From positions 1 through 64,000 of the forward strand of contig JAFWDK010000008.1 of the NCBI GenBank assembly GCA_017513085.1: a DNA stretch of 64,000 bases. Reading direction: 5' to 3'. This document shows positions 32,171-41,700 of this stretch, in pieces. Source of the DNA: Clostridiales bacterium. Its GTDB lineage: Bacteria; Bacillota; Clostridia; Saccharofermentanales; Saccharofermentanaceae. Under the pieces are notes generated by a model. It was not told the DNA's origin and did no database searches. It was given only the letters and a program-made list of their open reading frames with translations. The position numbers were made by a program, and so were the translations under genes. The stretch's first letter is position 1. Each line of letters starts with the position of its first letter.

Positions 32171-32322
32171 GATCCTACCTCCTAAATGTGCACTAACCGT
32201 GCGTACAAAATATAACACAATAAGATTTCAAGTAAAAGCACCAACCCGATACTTATTAGGATGAATTTTGCTATATTCAGCAAAATACAACATCCATTCT
32301 CAATAAAATACACGGAGAATGC

Positions 32323-32353
32323 AAAAAGGACCGGTTCGTAAGAACCGATCCTT
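32323..32353 (-). terminator. tRNA operon terminator
   Basis: AAAAAGGACCGGTTC-GTAA-GAACCGATCCTT. Confidence 0.8.
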
Positions 32354-32356
32354 GTT

Positions 32357-32432
32357 TGGTGCCCAGAGTCGGAATCGAACCAACGACACGGGGATTTTCA
32401 GTCCCCTGCTCTACCGACTGAGCTATCTGGGC
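32357..32432 (-). tRNA. tRNA-Phe(GAA)
   Basis: GCCCAGATAGCTCAGTCGGTAGAGC..CTGAAAA..GGTTCGATTCC..GGGCACCA. Confidence 0.98.
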
Positions 32433-32466
32433 AAATGATAATCGGTCCAAAATGGACCGATTATCT

Positions 32467-32543
32467 TGGCGACGCAGAAGGGGCTCGAACCCTCGACCTC
32501 CAGCGTGACAGGCTGGCATTCTAACCAACTGAACTACTGCGCC
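32467..32543 (-). tRNA. tRNA-Asp(GTC)
   Basis: GGCGCAGTAGTTCAGTTGGTTAGAATGCCAGCCTGTCACGCTGG..TTCGAGCCC..GCCA. Confidence 0.98.
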
Positions 32544-32547
32544 GTAA

Positions 32548-32623
32548 TGGTGGAAGATACAGGGCTCGAACCTGTGACCCTCTGCTTGTAAGGCAGATGC
32601 TCTCCCAGCTGAGCTAATCTTCC
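32548..32623 (-). tRNA. tRNA-Val(TAC)
   Basis: GGAAGATTAGCTCAGCTGGGAGAGCATCTGCCTTACAAGCAGA..GGTTCGAGCC..TTCCACCA. Confidence 0.98.
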
Positions 32624-32665
32624 ATATCCACCATTTGCCGGGTGCACTTCTGAAGCGCAAGAAAG

Positions 32666-32694
32666 AGTATACCGAAACGAGTAGGAGTTGTCAA
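32666..32694 (-). promoter_or_regulatory. Sigma-A promoter of the tRNA operon
   Basis: TTGACA-17nt-TATACT. Confidence 0.88.
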
Positions 32695-32816
32695 CAACAT
32701 TTCCAAAAAAATCTGAAAGATAATTACGACATGTCCGCCGATGCCCTGACTACAGTGCTTTTGGCGCAGAAATCCGACATCCTGATGCGATAAACCGACA
32801 ATTTCCTCAAGAGACA

Positions 32817-32845
32817 TTGACACCTGTAACGGATATATCTATTAT
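32817..32845 (+). promoter_or_regulatory. Sigma-A promoter of the SBP-DUF4214 gene
   Basis: TTGACA-17nt-TATTAT. Confidence 0.75.
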
Positions 32846-32921
32846 CAGGTATAAGGGTTAAGAATACGGGGTCGAAAGTCATGAGGCGGTCCCGTAAAAT
32901 CAAGATCAGGGAGGTTATGAT

Positions 32922-35384
32922 ATGTTTTCAGAAAAAGCATTAGCTTTAACTACAGCTTGTCTTCTGGCGGCAAGTCCTTTTTCCGGCAAGGGAAAACAAC
33001 AAAACAACATATTGGATATGTCTTCATTTGCCGCTAATTACGGAGTGCAGCTCGCGAAAGACAATGATATTCGGGAACTCATCGCTCAAAAGACCGGGGT
33101 CCGTGTCTTTGAGCACTGGCTTGCTCCGGATGAGCTGCCTTCTGACGCCATCAATTCGATCATTGCTTCCGGTAAGGCTCCGGATTTCATCGATGGTGGC
33201 GATGGAACCCAGATGCTGTACGATGCCGGGATGCTTGTGGCCTGGGATGAGTATCTTGCTAAGCCTGAGTACTCCAATCTGAAAGAGATGTACTCGGATA
33301 AAGAATGGGATATGTTCAGGCAGAGCGACGGAAAGATCTATTGGGCAAACCAGTTTAATAACAGTTTCAACGGAATCCCGGCAAATCGCTATTACAACGA
33401 CTATGCTTTTTGGATCCAGGTACGTGTTCTCGAGTGGGCCGGTTATCCGGTAATCGAGACACTGGATGAGTATTTTGATCTTCTTGTAAGATATACTCAG
33501 GCACATCCGAAAAATGAAGACGGCAGCAATGTCATCACCTATACCGTTTTGTCGGAAGACTGGAGATATTTCTGTCTTGAAAGTGCAGGTCAGTACCTTG
33601 ACGGATACCCGAATGACGGATGCGTGATCGTTAAGGATCCTGCCACCAATCCGACAGTTGTTGATTATAACAACACACCTACCACCAAGAGATATCTGCA
33701 AAAACTCAACAGCATTTTCCACACGGGAATGCTTGACCCGGAATTTGCCGTTCAGACCTACGACGAGTATATCGACAAACTGGCTTCAGGTGCAGTTCTC
33801 GGCATGAGTGACACATGGTGGGATTTTGCTATGATAAATGATCGACTTGCAGGTCAAGGATTAGACAAACAGGGATGCAACTATGTACCACTGGGTCTGA
33901 CGATCGACAACGGCATGACAAACCAGTATTACACCGGATCACACGAAACGCTGGATGAGTACAACATATACACCGGAATTGCCGTAACAACAAGTTGTCC
34001 GGACCCCGATCTTGCATTCCGTTTCCTGAACCGTCTTCTTGATCAGGATATTCACGATCTTCGTTTCTGGGGAGTAAAAGGTACCGACTACCTGGCAGAT
34101 GGCAACGGAGTATACTACAGAACAGCAGAGATGCGCGAAAAATGGGAATCACAGGATTATCTTACTTCACACGCCTGTGAGTATACATACTTCCCGCAGT
34201 ACGGCGGTATGTCACGTGACGGGATCAACCCCATGAAGCCGGAAGACTCTGATTCGGAGTTTTACTTCGGCATGGCAGAACCGCTGAAAAAGTGTTTCGA
34301 GGCCTATGGTTTCACATCGTATTGGCAGTTCCTGCGCACTGAACCGAACCAGCCGATCTACCCTTGGTTCCCTCTCCTTAGAGTTTCCAATAATCTTCAT
34401 GCAGATACAGAGGAAGGTATTTCCTTCTTGAGAATGACAGATTGCAAGCAAGAATATCTCCCGAAGCTTGTTGCCTCCGACAACTTTGAATCGACCTGGA
34501 ATGATTATCAGAAGGCGTACAAAGCATGCAAACCGGAGATCTTCCTGGATTTTATGCAGAAAGTAGTCGATTCGTACAAGGGAGAAAAACCGGTTACTCC
34601 GACGCCGACTCCTGCACCGGATCCGGGCGAGGAGCATTCTGTTGGCGAGTTTGTAGAACGTCTCTACACCATCGCTCTGGGACGACCTGCCGAACAAGCC
34701 GGAAAAGCTTACTGGGTCAAAGAGATCGAGGATGGTAACCGTACCGGTGGTGACTGTGCTCACTTCTTCCTCATCGAAGCAGAGGAATTCAGAAACAGGA
34801 ATCTGACCAACGAAGAGTTTGTTGAAACTTTGTATGCGACCTTCTTCGATCGTGCATCCGAACCGGCCGGCAAGGAATACTGGGTCGGTCAGCTCAAGAA
34901 CGGTGCCATGACAAGAGACCAGGTCATCATGGGCTTCATCGATTCGAAAGAATGGTGCAATGTATGTGCGAAGTACGGCGTTAAGTCCGGTGCTCCGAAT
35001 GCCAAGGCAGAGATTGCCTCAAAGAGTGCCCTCAGCTTCGCGACACGTCTTTACATCTGCTGTCTCGGAAGAGCCCCGGAACAGGGTGGTCTGGACTACT
35101 GGGCTCTGGCACTTACCAACCTGGAGCAGACAGGCTGCTCGGCGGCAAAGGAGTTCTTCACTTCTGCCGAATTCGTTAACCTCAAGCTGCAGGATGATGC
35201 CTACATCGAGAGATTGTACACGACCTTCATGGATCGTCAGCCGGAAGCTTCCGAAATCGCATACTGGGCCGGCGAGATCAAGAAAGGCACACAGACTCGC
35301 GCCAGCGTTCTGGCCTTCTTCGGAAGCAGTGAGGAATTCACGAACATCTGCAAGAAGTATGGTATCGACAGAGGAACCATCTGA
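32922..35384 (+). CDS. Carbohydrate-type ABC solute-binding domain (family 1, LplA-like) fused to a C-terminal DUF4214 module
   Basis: IAQKTGV, IASGKAPDFI, QSDGKIYW, WIQVRVLEWAGYP..TLDEY, WGVKGTDY; PT linker; FVERLY..YW repeats. Confidence 0.85.
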   Translation: MFSEKALALTTACLLAASPFSGKGKQQNNILDMSSFAANYGVQLAKDNDIRELIAQKTGVRVFEHWLAPDELPSDAINSIIASGKAPDFIDGGDGTQMLYDAGMLVAWDEYLAKPEYSNLKEMYSDKEWDMFRQSDGKIYWANQFNNSFNGIPANRYYNDYAFWIQVRVLEWAGYPVIETLDEYFDLLVRYTQAHPKNEDGSNVITYTVLSEDWRYFCLESAGQYLDGYPNDGCVIVKDPATNPTVVDYNNTPTTKRYLQKLNSIFHTGMLDPEFAVQTYDEYIDKLASGAVLGMSDTWWDFAMINDRLAGQGLDKQGCNYVPLGLTIDNGMTNQYYTGSHETLDEYNIYTGIAVTTSCPDPDLAFRFLNRLLDQDIHDLRFWGVKGTDYLADGNGVYYRTAEMREKWESQDYLTSHACEYTYFPQYGGMSRDGINPMKPEDSDSEFYFGMAEPLKKCFEAYGFTSYWQFLRTEPNQPIYPWFPLLRVSNNLHADTEEGISFLRMTDCKQEYLPKLVASDNFESTWNDYQKAYKACKPEIFLDFMQKVVDSYKGEKPVTPTPTPAPDPGEEHSVGEFVERLYTIALGRPAEQAGKAYWVKEIEDGNRTGGDCAHFFLIEAEEFRNRNLTNEEFVETLYATFFDRASEPAGKEYWVGQLKNGAMTRDQVIMGFIDSKEWCNVCAKYGVKSGAPNAKAEIASKSALSFATRLYICCLGRAPEQGGLDYWALALTNLEQTGCSAAKEFFTSAEFVNLKLQDDAYIERLYTTFMDRQPEASEIAYWAGEIKKGTQTRASVLAFFGSSEEFTNICKKYGIDRGTI

Positions 35385-35419
35385 TCTGAAGTGCTGCTAA
35401 TACAGTAAAACGATTGAAG

Positions 35420-35456
35420 GAGAGCATCTGGACGAAAGTTCAGGTGCTCTTTTTTA
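35420..35456 (+). terminator. Terminator after SBP-DUF4214
   Basis: GAGAGCATCTGGAC-GAAA-GTTCAGGTGCTCTTTTTT. Confidence 0.85.
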
Positions 35457-35693
35457 TGGGGAATGTCGGTCGGAATGAGCGCCATGGTGCTTTTCGCCCG
35501 TACAAATCGGTGGTTTTCGAGTTTTTTCTTTGAGAAAGGCAGGCGTTTTCGTTGATTTGTCGAAACATGACCGACTTTTGGTGTAAAACAGGGCTGAAAA
35601 TACGGGCTCAAAAGCACTTCCCTGCCATTACGACTGCCTGATGTAGCAAAGCGGGCTTGAAGGGACCTGACAAGACTTTTTCGGATCGAACGT

Positions 35694-36107
35694 TCAGAAA
35701 GACTGATCCTTCACAAAGCCCGTGATCGTTACGATCGCGACTTGTGTTCCCAGATCATCCTTCACTTCGATCTCGTAAAAGCAGGTACTTCTCCCCGACT
35801 TCACGCAGTGCGCTTCGCTATAGAGCACCTCACCTTTGCAGGCTCCGATGAAAGAAATATTGCTCGAGATCGATACCGTCATGCGCCCGCCGAAATTGGC
35901 CGCCACCGCGAACGTCAGATCCGCGAGCGTAAAGATCGCACCGCCCATCACACCGCCCGCCGCATTCAGGTGGATAGGCGTGATCTTCATGGAGCAACGG
36001 CAGATCTTATCCCCCGCCTCTTCAATGACCACACCGGCCGCATCTGTGGCAAACCGGTCATTCGCAAATGTTTTTCTTGCCCACTCCAGATCTCGGATCT
36101 CTTCCAT
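35694..36107 (-). CDS. PaaI-family hotdog thioesterase
   Basis: HLNAAGGVMGGAIFTLAD. Confidence 0.9.
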   Translation of the reverse strand: MEEIRDLEWARKTFANDRFATDAAGVVIEEAGDKICRCSMKITPIHLNAAGGVMGGAIFTLADLTFAVAANFGGRMTVSISSNISFIGACKGEVLYSEAHCVKSGRSTCFYEIEVKDDLGTQVAIVTITGFVKDQSF

Positions 36108-36149
36108 AACCAGACCTCTCTTTCTCGGATCGCCGCGCTGCAAAAGCAC

Positions 36150-36473
36150 TTACGCGATCCATTGCATGATATATTCTACAACAAACACCGTACAGCAGGC
36201 ACCGATCGCCACTGTCAGCAGTTTCTTTTCAAACAAAGACAAGACCACAGCCGCGCAAAGTCCAAGAATTGCCGACACAAGATACGACGTGGAATAAAAG
36301 ATCGCCGGGATCGTCATAGCTGAAAGCACGGCATACGGTACATAATACAGAAAGGATATCACAAACTTATTCTTGATCTTTTCCTTGCAAAGGACCAGTG
36401 GCAGCATACGGATCAGATATGTAACTCCGGCCATTACGGCAAGATACAAAAAGAATGTACCGGTATCGATCAT
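36150..36473 (-). CDS. azlD: AzlD branched-chain amino acid export small subunit
   Basis: MAGVTYLIRMLP..FLYYVPYAVLSAM. Confidence 0.9.
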   Translation of the reverse strand: MIDTGTFFLYLAVMAGVTYLIRMLPLVLCKEKIKNKFVISFLYYVPYAVLSAMTIPAIFYSTSYLVSAILGLCAAVVLSLFEKKLLTVAIGACCTVFVVEYIMQWIA

Positions 36474-37204
36474 GCCTGCACCTTCCCTTCTGCTTTCTTA
36501 TCCTGCTCATCCTTGACCGGGCAGGCGATCGCGAAGATCACTCCGGAAACGACCGCGCACACAATAATGGCGATACCTTTCGAAAGGTCCTTAAACAGTG
36601 GCACATAATAGAACATACAGGATAAAGCCACTGCCAGAAGACAGCAGCCTGCTACCGCTTTGTTCTTTTTTGCCGGAGGGATCACGATTGCAACAAACAT
36701 AGCATAGAGCGCAAGTCCCAGTGCCGACACTACTGATGCCGGAAGCACATCACCCGCTACAGCACCTAACGCCGTTCCTCCTACCCATCCGAGAAAAGGA
36801 GTAACGATCAGGCCCATCATATAGGGCGTCTCCAAGTCTTCTTTCTGGCTTATAGAAACCGCGAAGATTTCATCCGTTACCATAAAAGCAATCACAAAAC
36901 GATGGAGAAAGCGTACACGCTTACTGAGTTTTTGCGACATGGAGACAGACATCAAGGAATAACGGAGATTGATCACAAACTGCGTCAGTACCATCTCCAC
37001 AAGCGGAAGGCCACCCACCATGATCGGCACACCGGCAAGCTGTCCGGCGCTGGTCACATTGGTCATAGAGATCAGGATCGCCTGCCAGACAGAAAGGCCT
37101 AAACCCACTGTAAAAATGCCAAAAGCAAAGGACACCGAGAGGTATCCCATGCATATCGGCAGTCCATCCCGAAGTCCTTTGGTAAATAACTGTTTATTCG
37201 TCAC
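36470..37204 (-). CDS. azlC: AzlC branched-chain amino acid export permease
   Basis: GYLSVSFAFG, SAGQ, INLRYSLMS, TDEIFA. Confidence 0.92.
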   Translation of the reverse strand: MTNKQLFTKGLRDGLPICMGYLSVSFAFGIFTVGLGLSVWQAILISMTNVTSAGQLAGVPIMVGGLPLVEMVLTQFVINLRYSLMSVSMSQKLSKRVRFLHRFVIAFMVTDEIFAVSISQKEDLETPYMMGLIVTPFLGWVGGTALGAVAGDVLPASVVSALGLALYAMFVAIVIPPAKKNKAVAGCCLLAVALSCMFYYVPLFKDLSKGIAIIVCAVVSGVIFAIACPVKDEQDKKAEGKVQA

Positions 37205-37241
37205 GACGCGCGACCATCCTCATTCTCAAGACATGCTCCGC

Positions 37242-38360
37242 TTATTGGGCAGAGAAACGATATCCGCAAAGATATCCCTTTTCCTCGTCTTTGTCAATGA
37301 CTGCGCTGGCAAAATTCTCGTGATGGATCGCATCCGGGAACATCTGTGCCTCCAGACAGATCGCTTCATACGGGCTGTAGTGAACACCGCCCTTTCCGTC
37401 CTCATCCAGATTGCACGCACAATAAAGCTGGACACCCGGAAAGTTCGTGAACATTTCCATCTTTCTTCCCGTCTTCTCCGAAGAAACAGAAGCAACAAGA
37501 GAAACCTTATCCTGCGAGGTTTTCAGAACATAGTTGGAATCCGCGCCCTTGGAACAATTCAGCTGCGGATTGGAAGAAGTCTTAACAAGTACTTTTTCCG
37601 TCGGACAAGGTGTACGGAAATCGAATTCGGTACCTGCAACGTCGATATACTTACCATTCGGTACATTGTCCATATCCTTCTCGGTGACCTGATCGGCATC
37701 GATCCACAAGAGCTGCTCGCCGATCCGGCCGGCCGCCTGGCCATCAATGTTAAAGTAGGAATGGTTCGTCGGCGCAAAGATCGTCTTCTTATCGGACTTA
37801 GCTTTATAAGCAATGACCAAAGTTCCATCCGTTGTCCAAGTATAGAGCACTTTCATGTCCATGTTGCCCGGAACACCGCATACGCCATCCGCCAACAGGA
37901 AAGAAAGCAATACACCCTCTGTCTCGACCGTCCAGTCATTTCCGATCGAAAGCCCCGAAATAAAAGCCTGAGCCTCATCACGGGAAATGATCTCGCCCTC
38001 CCAGAAACTGTTCTGGAAGTTTCCTGCACCACCATGGAGGTTGTTTTCGCCTTCATTCTTCGGCATCTGATACTTCACGCCGTCTATTTCAAAAGCACCG
38101 CCCTTGATACGGTTTGCAGTTCTTCCGATAATAGATCCGTGTCCGGAACCACTTGCCATATATGCATCGATGGTATCAAAACCAAGCATGACATCATCCA
38201 GCTTGTTGTTTTTATCAAATACTTTCAAAGTATGGATCAGAGCACCATATGTCAGAACGGAGAAGCTCTCTCCGTTAGGTCTTGTAATAACAAATTCGTC
38301 TACCGCTTTGCCATCTTTTGTCCTATCAAATACGATTTTTTCTGAAGACATAGTTTTCAC
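37242..38360 (-). CDS. galM: Aldose 1-epimerase (mutarotase)
   Basis: IGRTANRI, NNLHGG, TNHSYFN, PGVQLY, CLEAQ. Confidence 0.93.
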   Translation of the reverse strand: MKTMSSEKIVFDRTKDGKAVDEFVITRPNGESFSVLTYGALIHTLKVFDKNNKLDDVMLGFDTIDAYMASGSGHGSIIGRTANRIKGGAFEIDGVKYQMPKNEGENNLHGGAGNFQNSFWEGEIISRDEAQAFISGLSIGNDWTVETEGVLLSFLLADGVCGVPGNMDMKVLYTWTTDGTLVIAYKAKSDKKTIFAPTNHSYFNIDGQAAGRIGEQLLWIDADQVTEKDMDNVPNGKYIDVAGTEFDFRTPCPTEKVLVKTSSNPQLNCSKGADSNYVLKTSQDKVSLVASVSSEKTGRKMEMFTNFPGVQLYCACNLDEDGKGGVHYSPYEAICLEAQMFPDAIHHENFASAVIDKDEEKGYLCGYRFSAQ

Positions 38361-38492
38361 CTCGCCAATATGAATTTATACCGCTAATATTATCGCTTGT
38401 TTTCAGATAGAAAGTCAACGGATATTCTGATAGAATACCAATGTATTTGATAGATATGACTTCCTAGAACTGACTGAAAACGAGGCAAATAC

Positions 38493-40226
38493 ATGAATGC
38501 AAAGTGGCGCAAATTCTTTTCGTATTATCGTCCCTACATGAAGGGCTTCATCGCGGATATGTTTTTCGCATTAGTCGGCGCCGGAACATCCCTCGTCATT
38601 CCGCTTATCACCCGCTATATCACCGGCACCGTGCTGGAATCAGGTTTTTCTAACGCCTCCAAAACCATCCTGATCCTCTCCTGCGTCATGCTGGGACTCC
38701 TTGCTCTGGAATTCTGCTGCAATTACTTTATCGCCTATGTCGGACACATGGTCGGCGCGAAGATGGAATACGATCTTCGCAATGAGCTTTTCACGCATTA
38801 CCAGAAGCTCTCCTTCCGCTTTTATGACAATCAGAAAGTCGGAAGCCTCATGTCCCGAGTGACCAACGACCTTTTTGAGATCACTGAACTATACCACCAC
38901 GGACCGGAAGACCTTTTGATCTCGATCATAAAGCTTATCGGATCTTTTGTGATCCTTTGTATGATCAACCTCCGTCTGGCCATGGTTGCTTTTCTGCCGG
39001 TCCCCTTTATGGTCGTTTTCGCCACGATCCTGAACCGCAAGATGAAGCGAACGTTCAAGAAAAACCGCGAGCGCATCGCCGAGATCAATACCCGCATGGA
39101 AGACAGTCTTTCCGGAATACGTGTCGTCAAATCGTTTGCCGGTGAAGACACCGAGATCCATAAGTTTACGGAAGGCAATGATCTGTTTCTCCAGAGCAAG
39201 CGTGACAACTACCGCTATATGGCTATATACCATGCGGTGCTCTGGTGCGTCACCGGCTTGATCTCTGTCGCCGTCATTGCCGTAGGCTCCATCATGATCG
39301 GGCACGATTCCCTGACACTTCAAGATCTCATCGCATTCCTGCTCTACGTAAATAATTACACCGAGCCGATCCGCAAGCTCGTCAACTTCACCGAACAGTT
39401 TCAAAACGGCATGTCCGGTTTCGAGCGTTTCTATGAGATGATCTGCATCGAACCTGATATCGAGGATGCCAAGGACGCCGTAGAGCTTCAAACTGTTAAG
39501 GGCAATATCGATTTCCAGGATGTGTCCTTCTCCTATGGAGACAATCCCACCTCCGAATCGCAAGTGCTTTCGCATCTTGACCTTCATATTGACGCCGGTG
39601 AATATGTTGCGCTTGTCGGACATTCCGGCGTCGGCAAGACCACGATCTGCAGCCTGATCCCCCGCTTCTACGAACCGACCCACGGAAAGATCCTGATCGA
39701 TGGAACTCCGATCGACCGGTATACCCAGCGTTCTTTGCGCAGAAAGATCGGTATCGTTCAGCAGGATGTCTATCTTTTTTCAGGCACTGTTCTGGAAAAC
39801 ATCCGCTACGGACGGCCCGGCGCTTCTCTGGAAGAAGTCGTGGAAGCCGCAAAGAGAGCGAATGCTCATGATTTTATCATGGAGCTTCCGAATGGTTACG
39901 ACACGGATATCGGCCAACGCGGAGTCAAGCTCTCCGGCGGCCAGAAGCAGCGTCTTTCCATCGCCCGTGTATTTTTGAAGGATCCGCCGATCCTTATCTT
40001 CGACGAAGCCACTTCTTCTTTGGATAACGAAAGCGAAAAAGTCATTCAGGAATCCATGGAAGAACTGGCCAAAGATCGGACCACGCTGGTCATCGCACAT
40101 CGTCTGACTACGATTCAAAATGCCGGCCGGATCCTTGTACTATCCGAAAACGGAATTGAAGAAAGCGGCACGCACCAGGAATTGATTGAGAAAAACGGCG
40201 CTTATGCCAAGCTGTACAAGACATGA
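38493..40226 (+). CDS. ABC exporter, fused permease/ATPase
   Basis: HHGPED, GHSGVGKT, LSGGQKQR, IFDEATS, IAHRL. Confidence 0.95.
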   Translation: MNAKWRKFFSYYRPYMKGFIADMFFALVGAGTSLVIPLITRYITGTVLESGFSNASKTILILSCVMLGLLALEFCCNYFIAYVGHMVGAKMEYDLRNELFTHYQKLSFRFYDNQKVGSLMSRVTNDLFEITELYHHGPEDLLISIIKLIGSFVILCMINLRLAMVAFLPVPFMVVFATILNRKMKRTFKKNRERIAEINTRMEDSLSGIRVVKSFAGEDTEIHKFTEGNDLFLQSKRDNYRYMAIYHAVLWCVTGLISVAVIAVGSIMIGHDSLTLQDLIAFLLYVNNYTEPIRKLVNFTEQFQNGMSGFERFYEMICIEPDIEDAKDAVELQTVKGNIDFQDVSFSYGDNPTSESQVLSHLDLHIDAGEYVALVGHSGVGKTTICSLIPRFYEPTHGKILIDGTPIDRYTQRSLRRKIGIVQQDVYLFSGTVLENIRYGRPGASLEEVVEAAKRANAHDFIMELPNGYDTDIGQRGVKLSGGQKQRLSIARVFLKDPPILIFDEATSSLDNESEKVIQESMEELAKDRTTLVIAHRLTTIQNAGRILVLSENGIEESGTHQELIEKNGAYAKLYKT

Positions 40227-40366
40227 CCTGAAACTTCTTCGGAAGCGGCAGATCTTCACTTGCATCTCAAAAAAATCGAACATTTCCACGACATTTTCCA
40301 TTAAAAACTTATAGCCATGCACTTTTCTTTCCCGTATAATATGTATAGAGCTTAAAAACTTAGGGG

Positions 40367-41668
40367 ATGAAAAATATGAAGAATATCGCACTTAAGCGCT
40401 TTTTGCCGCTTATCTTTGTTTTTTGCATGCTATTTGCATCATTGGGTCATCTTTGTCTTGCCGACGATTCCATCGCGGATGGATCCGGTTATCAGACCGA
40501 GGCTTCGAAGGTCGAGAGTTTCGTTACCAGAATGTACGAGATCACTTTGAACAGAAAACCGGACAAAGACGGATTAGCATACTGGTGCAAGCAGGTCACG
40601 GATAGAAAGATCACAGCAGGCGGCCTTGCTTTTCAGTTTATTTTCGGAAAAGAATTTCAAAACAGGATCTCCAAGGAGAAAATGACCAGCACCCAGTATA
40701 TTACCTGCCACTACAAGCTTTTCATGGGGCGTGATCCCGAAAAGAGCGGCCTCGAGTACTGGGTAAATTACATGGGTCAGAAGTGGAATACAGACGCCAA
40801 GAAGAAGGCTTTGTTTGTCGGCTTCGTCAATTCCAAAGAGTTCCGCAAGATCTGCCAGGACTATGGCATGCTCCAGGGCTATTACGATCCGAATCACACG
40901 CCTGATCAGAATACAAGCGTAGCTCTTTTTGTAGATCGCATGTATCAGATCATTCTCGGAAGAAAGAGCGAGAGCGATGGACTTTTCTTCTGGACAGAGC
41001 AATTACTCACCGGTAAGATCGACGGCGCTTCCCTCGGACTCCAGTTTGCTTTCAGCAAAGAATTCAAGAACCTGAAAGTCAGCAACAAAGAATTCGTTTC
41101 CCGTCTCTATCGTGCTTTCATGGGCAGAGAACCGGATCAGGCCGGCATGGATTACTGGCTCTCCCTGATCGAGGTCGGCGCGCCACGTGAAGCGATCTTC
41201 AATGGTTTTATCCATTCCGCTGAGTTCACCAAAATCTGCAAGACGTACGGTATTACCAGAGGTTCTCTGAACCTTCCTACTACTGAGGTCTATGCCCGTA
41301 TCGTAGCCATCAATAAGCTCCGCGAAGAAAATGGTGCTCCGAAACTTAAGACCACTGATCTGATGCAGAAGTGGGCAGACACTCGTGTTCTTGAGATCTC
41401 CACCTACTTCTCTCACTACAGAAAAGACGGCTCTAAGTATGATAAAGTCGGCCGCAACCTCGGCATCAAGTTCGGCGCCAGCGCAGAAAACATCGCAGCC
41501 GGTTCCGGCGGATGCATGGATAATCTGGATCAGGCACTCAAAGCCTGGATGAATTCCGAGGGTCACCGTAAAAATCTTCTCAACCCGATTTATAATCGCG
41601 CTGCTCTGGGACGTTATGTTGCTCCGGACGGAACCGTATACTGGGCATTGGTACTTGCACAGTGCTGA
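40367..41668 (+). CDS. Secreted protein: N-terminal DUF4214 repeats plus C-terminal CAP/SCP domain
   Basis: FVTRMYEITLNRKPD..YW repeats; FSHYR, AENIAAG, WMNSEGHRKNLL. Confidence 0.88.
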   Translation: MKNMKNIALKRFLPLIFVFCMLFASLGHLCLADDSIADGSGYQTEASKVESFVTRMYEITLNRKPDKDGLAYWCKQVTDRKITAGGLAFQFIFGKEFQNRISKEKMTSTQYITCHYKLFMGRDPEKSGLEYWVNYMGQKWNTDAKKKALFVGFVNSKEFRKICQDYGMLQGYYDPNHTPDQNTSVALFVDRMYQIILGRKSESDGLFFWTEQLLTGKIDGASLGLQFAFSKEFKNLKVSNKEFVSRLYRAFMGREPDQAGMDYWLSLIEVGAPREAIFNGFIHSAEFTKICKTYGITRGSLNLPTTEVYARIVAINKLREENGAPKLKTTDLMQKWADTRVLEISTYFSHYRKDGSKYDKVGRNLGIKFGASAENIAAGSGGCMDNLDQALKAWMNSEGHRKNLLNPIYNRAALGRYVAPDGTVYWALVLAQC

Positions 41669-41700
41669 TCAGAACTATTCCATCTTATAGCCCGAGATGA

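Noticed and set aside
32220-32360. Integrated element at the tRNA 3' end
   Set aside because: No integrase and no duplicated tRNA 3' fragment seen in the window
32277-32660. 127-aa ORF
   Set aside because: Overlaps three tRNA genes
13955-35384. Inverted DUF4214 copies as an invertible or phase-variation locus
   Set aside because: Frequent synonymous differences, no long identical tract, no recombinase, and housekeeping genes in between
38406-38454. Three GATAGA direct repeats between galM and the ABC exporter
   Set aside because: Short, irregularly spaced and in AT-rich DNA; insufficient support for an operator
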